Source of the DNA: an uncultured Clostridia bacterium
GTDB lineage: Bacteria > Bacillota > Clostridia > Christensenellales > UBA1242
Reading direction: 5' to 3'
DNA length: 35,792 nt
Assembly: GCA_904397185.1 (NCBI GenBank)
Contig: CAJFOL010000111.1
Span: 1-35,792, forward strand
The position numbers and the translations under genes were made by a program. The notes below the pieces were generated by a model. That model made no database searches. It was not told the origin of the DNA and saw nothing but the letters and a program-made list of their open reading frames with translations. Shown here one piece after another: positions 35,656 to 35,792 of the stretch (positions are counted from its first letter, which is position 1; every line of letters begins with the position of its first letter).

Positions 35656-35792
35656 ACTACACCATTTACTACACCATTTTCGCAAAAAATGACGATTTTT
35701 GACATCTCCAGACAAAAAGTAAGAACCCGCAAAAACCTTGTAAAATAAGGCTTTACGGGCTCTGACGCCACAGGACAAAACCACCCCAAACG
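35656..35792. repeat. copy C (fullest) of the mosaic intergenic repeat, with an internal 12-bp tandem duplication; runs to the window edge
   Basis: ACTACACCATTT occurs twice in tandem (35656-35667 and 35668-35679). The copy has a left arm (35668-35700), a centre (35701-35763) and a right arm (35764-35792). Confidence 0.8.

Noticed and set aside
35701-35763. Possible hairpin in the centre of repeat copy C (AGAACCCG...CGGGCTCT with internal AAACCTT/AAGGCTTT pairing) as an ncRNA or attC-like structure
   Set aside because: The pairing partners are not conserved in copy A (no CGGG on the 3' side) and the segment is missing from copy B, so a conserved structured element is not supported.
1-35792. 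Search for CRISPR arrays, tRNA/rRNA genes, integrases, transposases and IS ends
   Set aside because: I saw no regularly spaced short repeats, no cloverleaf-like or rRNA-like segments, and no ORF with recombinase or transposase motifs. The region therefore cannot be called a mobile element from this window alone, despite the junction repeats.

Overview
This 35.8 kb low-GC segment looks Firmicutes-like: it has strong GGAGG-type Shine-Dalgarno sites and several GTG/TTG starts. Every gene I can support lies on the minus strand, and the plus-strand ORFs in the track look like antisense shadows. I saw no rRNA, tRNA, CRISPR array, integrase or transposase. The window reads as a mosaic defence island, described here right to left, which is the direction of transcription. 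(1) 35.6-30.7 kb: a hypothetical gene, an Mrr-family restriction gene broken by an amber codon at codon 9, and a tightly coupled trio of two unknown membrane-associated proteins plus a SpoVK/CbbX-type AAA+ ATPase. (2) 30.1-20.1 kb: one long, visibly GC-richer operon. It encodes a small TM protein, an 854-aa membrane-anchored pentapeptide-repeat protein, and a carrier-protein-dependent tailoring pathway. The pathway comprises an NRPS-type adenylation enzyme, a carrier protein, a fold-III PLP decarboxylase, a NadE-like PP-loop enzyme, a non-canonical radical-SAM-like enzyme and two BtrH-like papain-fold paralogs. I rate this operon the best candidate for an undescribed system. (3) 19.6-7.0 kb: an XRE regulator, an SspABCD-like DNA phosphorothioation module (PAPS-reductase-like, DUF4007, large P-loop ATPase, cysteine desulfurase), and a four-gene putative restriction partner (PLD-SF2 helicase, tiny ORF, DndD/SMC-like ATPase, 179-aa protein). 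(4) 6.6-5.5 kb: an orphan divergent sigma-70 factor with its own terminator. (5) 5.0-0.3 kb: a GmrSD-like DUF262/DUF1524 type IV enzyme and a DUF559-like endonuclease-SF2 helicase fusion. A mosaic repeat of about 30-135 bp occurs three times, each time at the upstream head of a module (about 19.94, 30.45 and 35.66 kb), which suggests cassette junctions or a shared regulatory or recombination site. All family assignments come from motifs read by eye and need HMM or structure confirmation.
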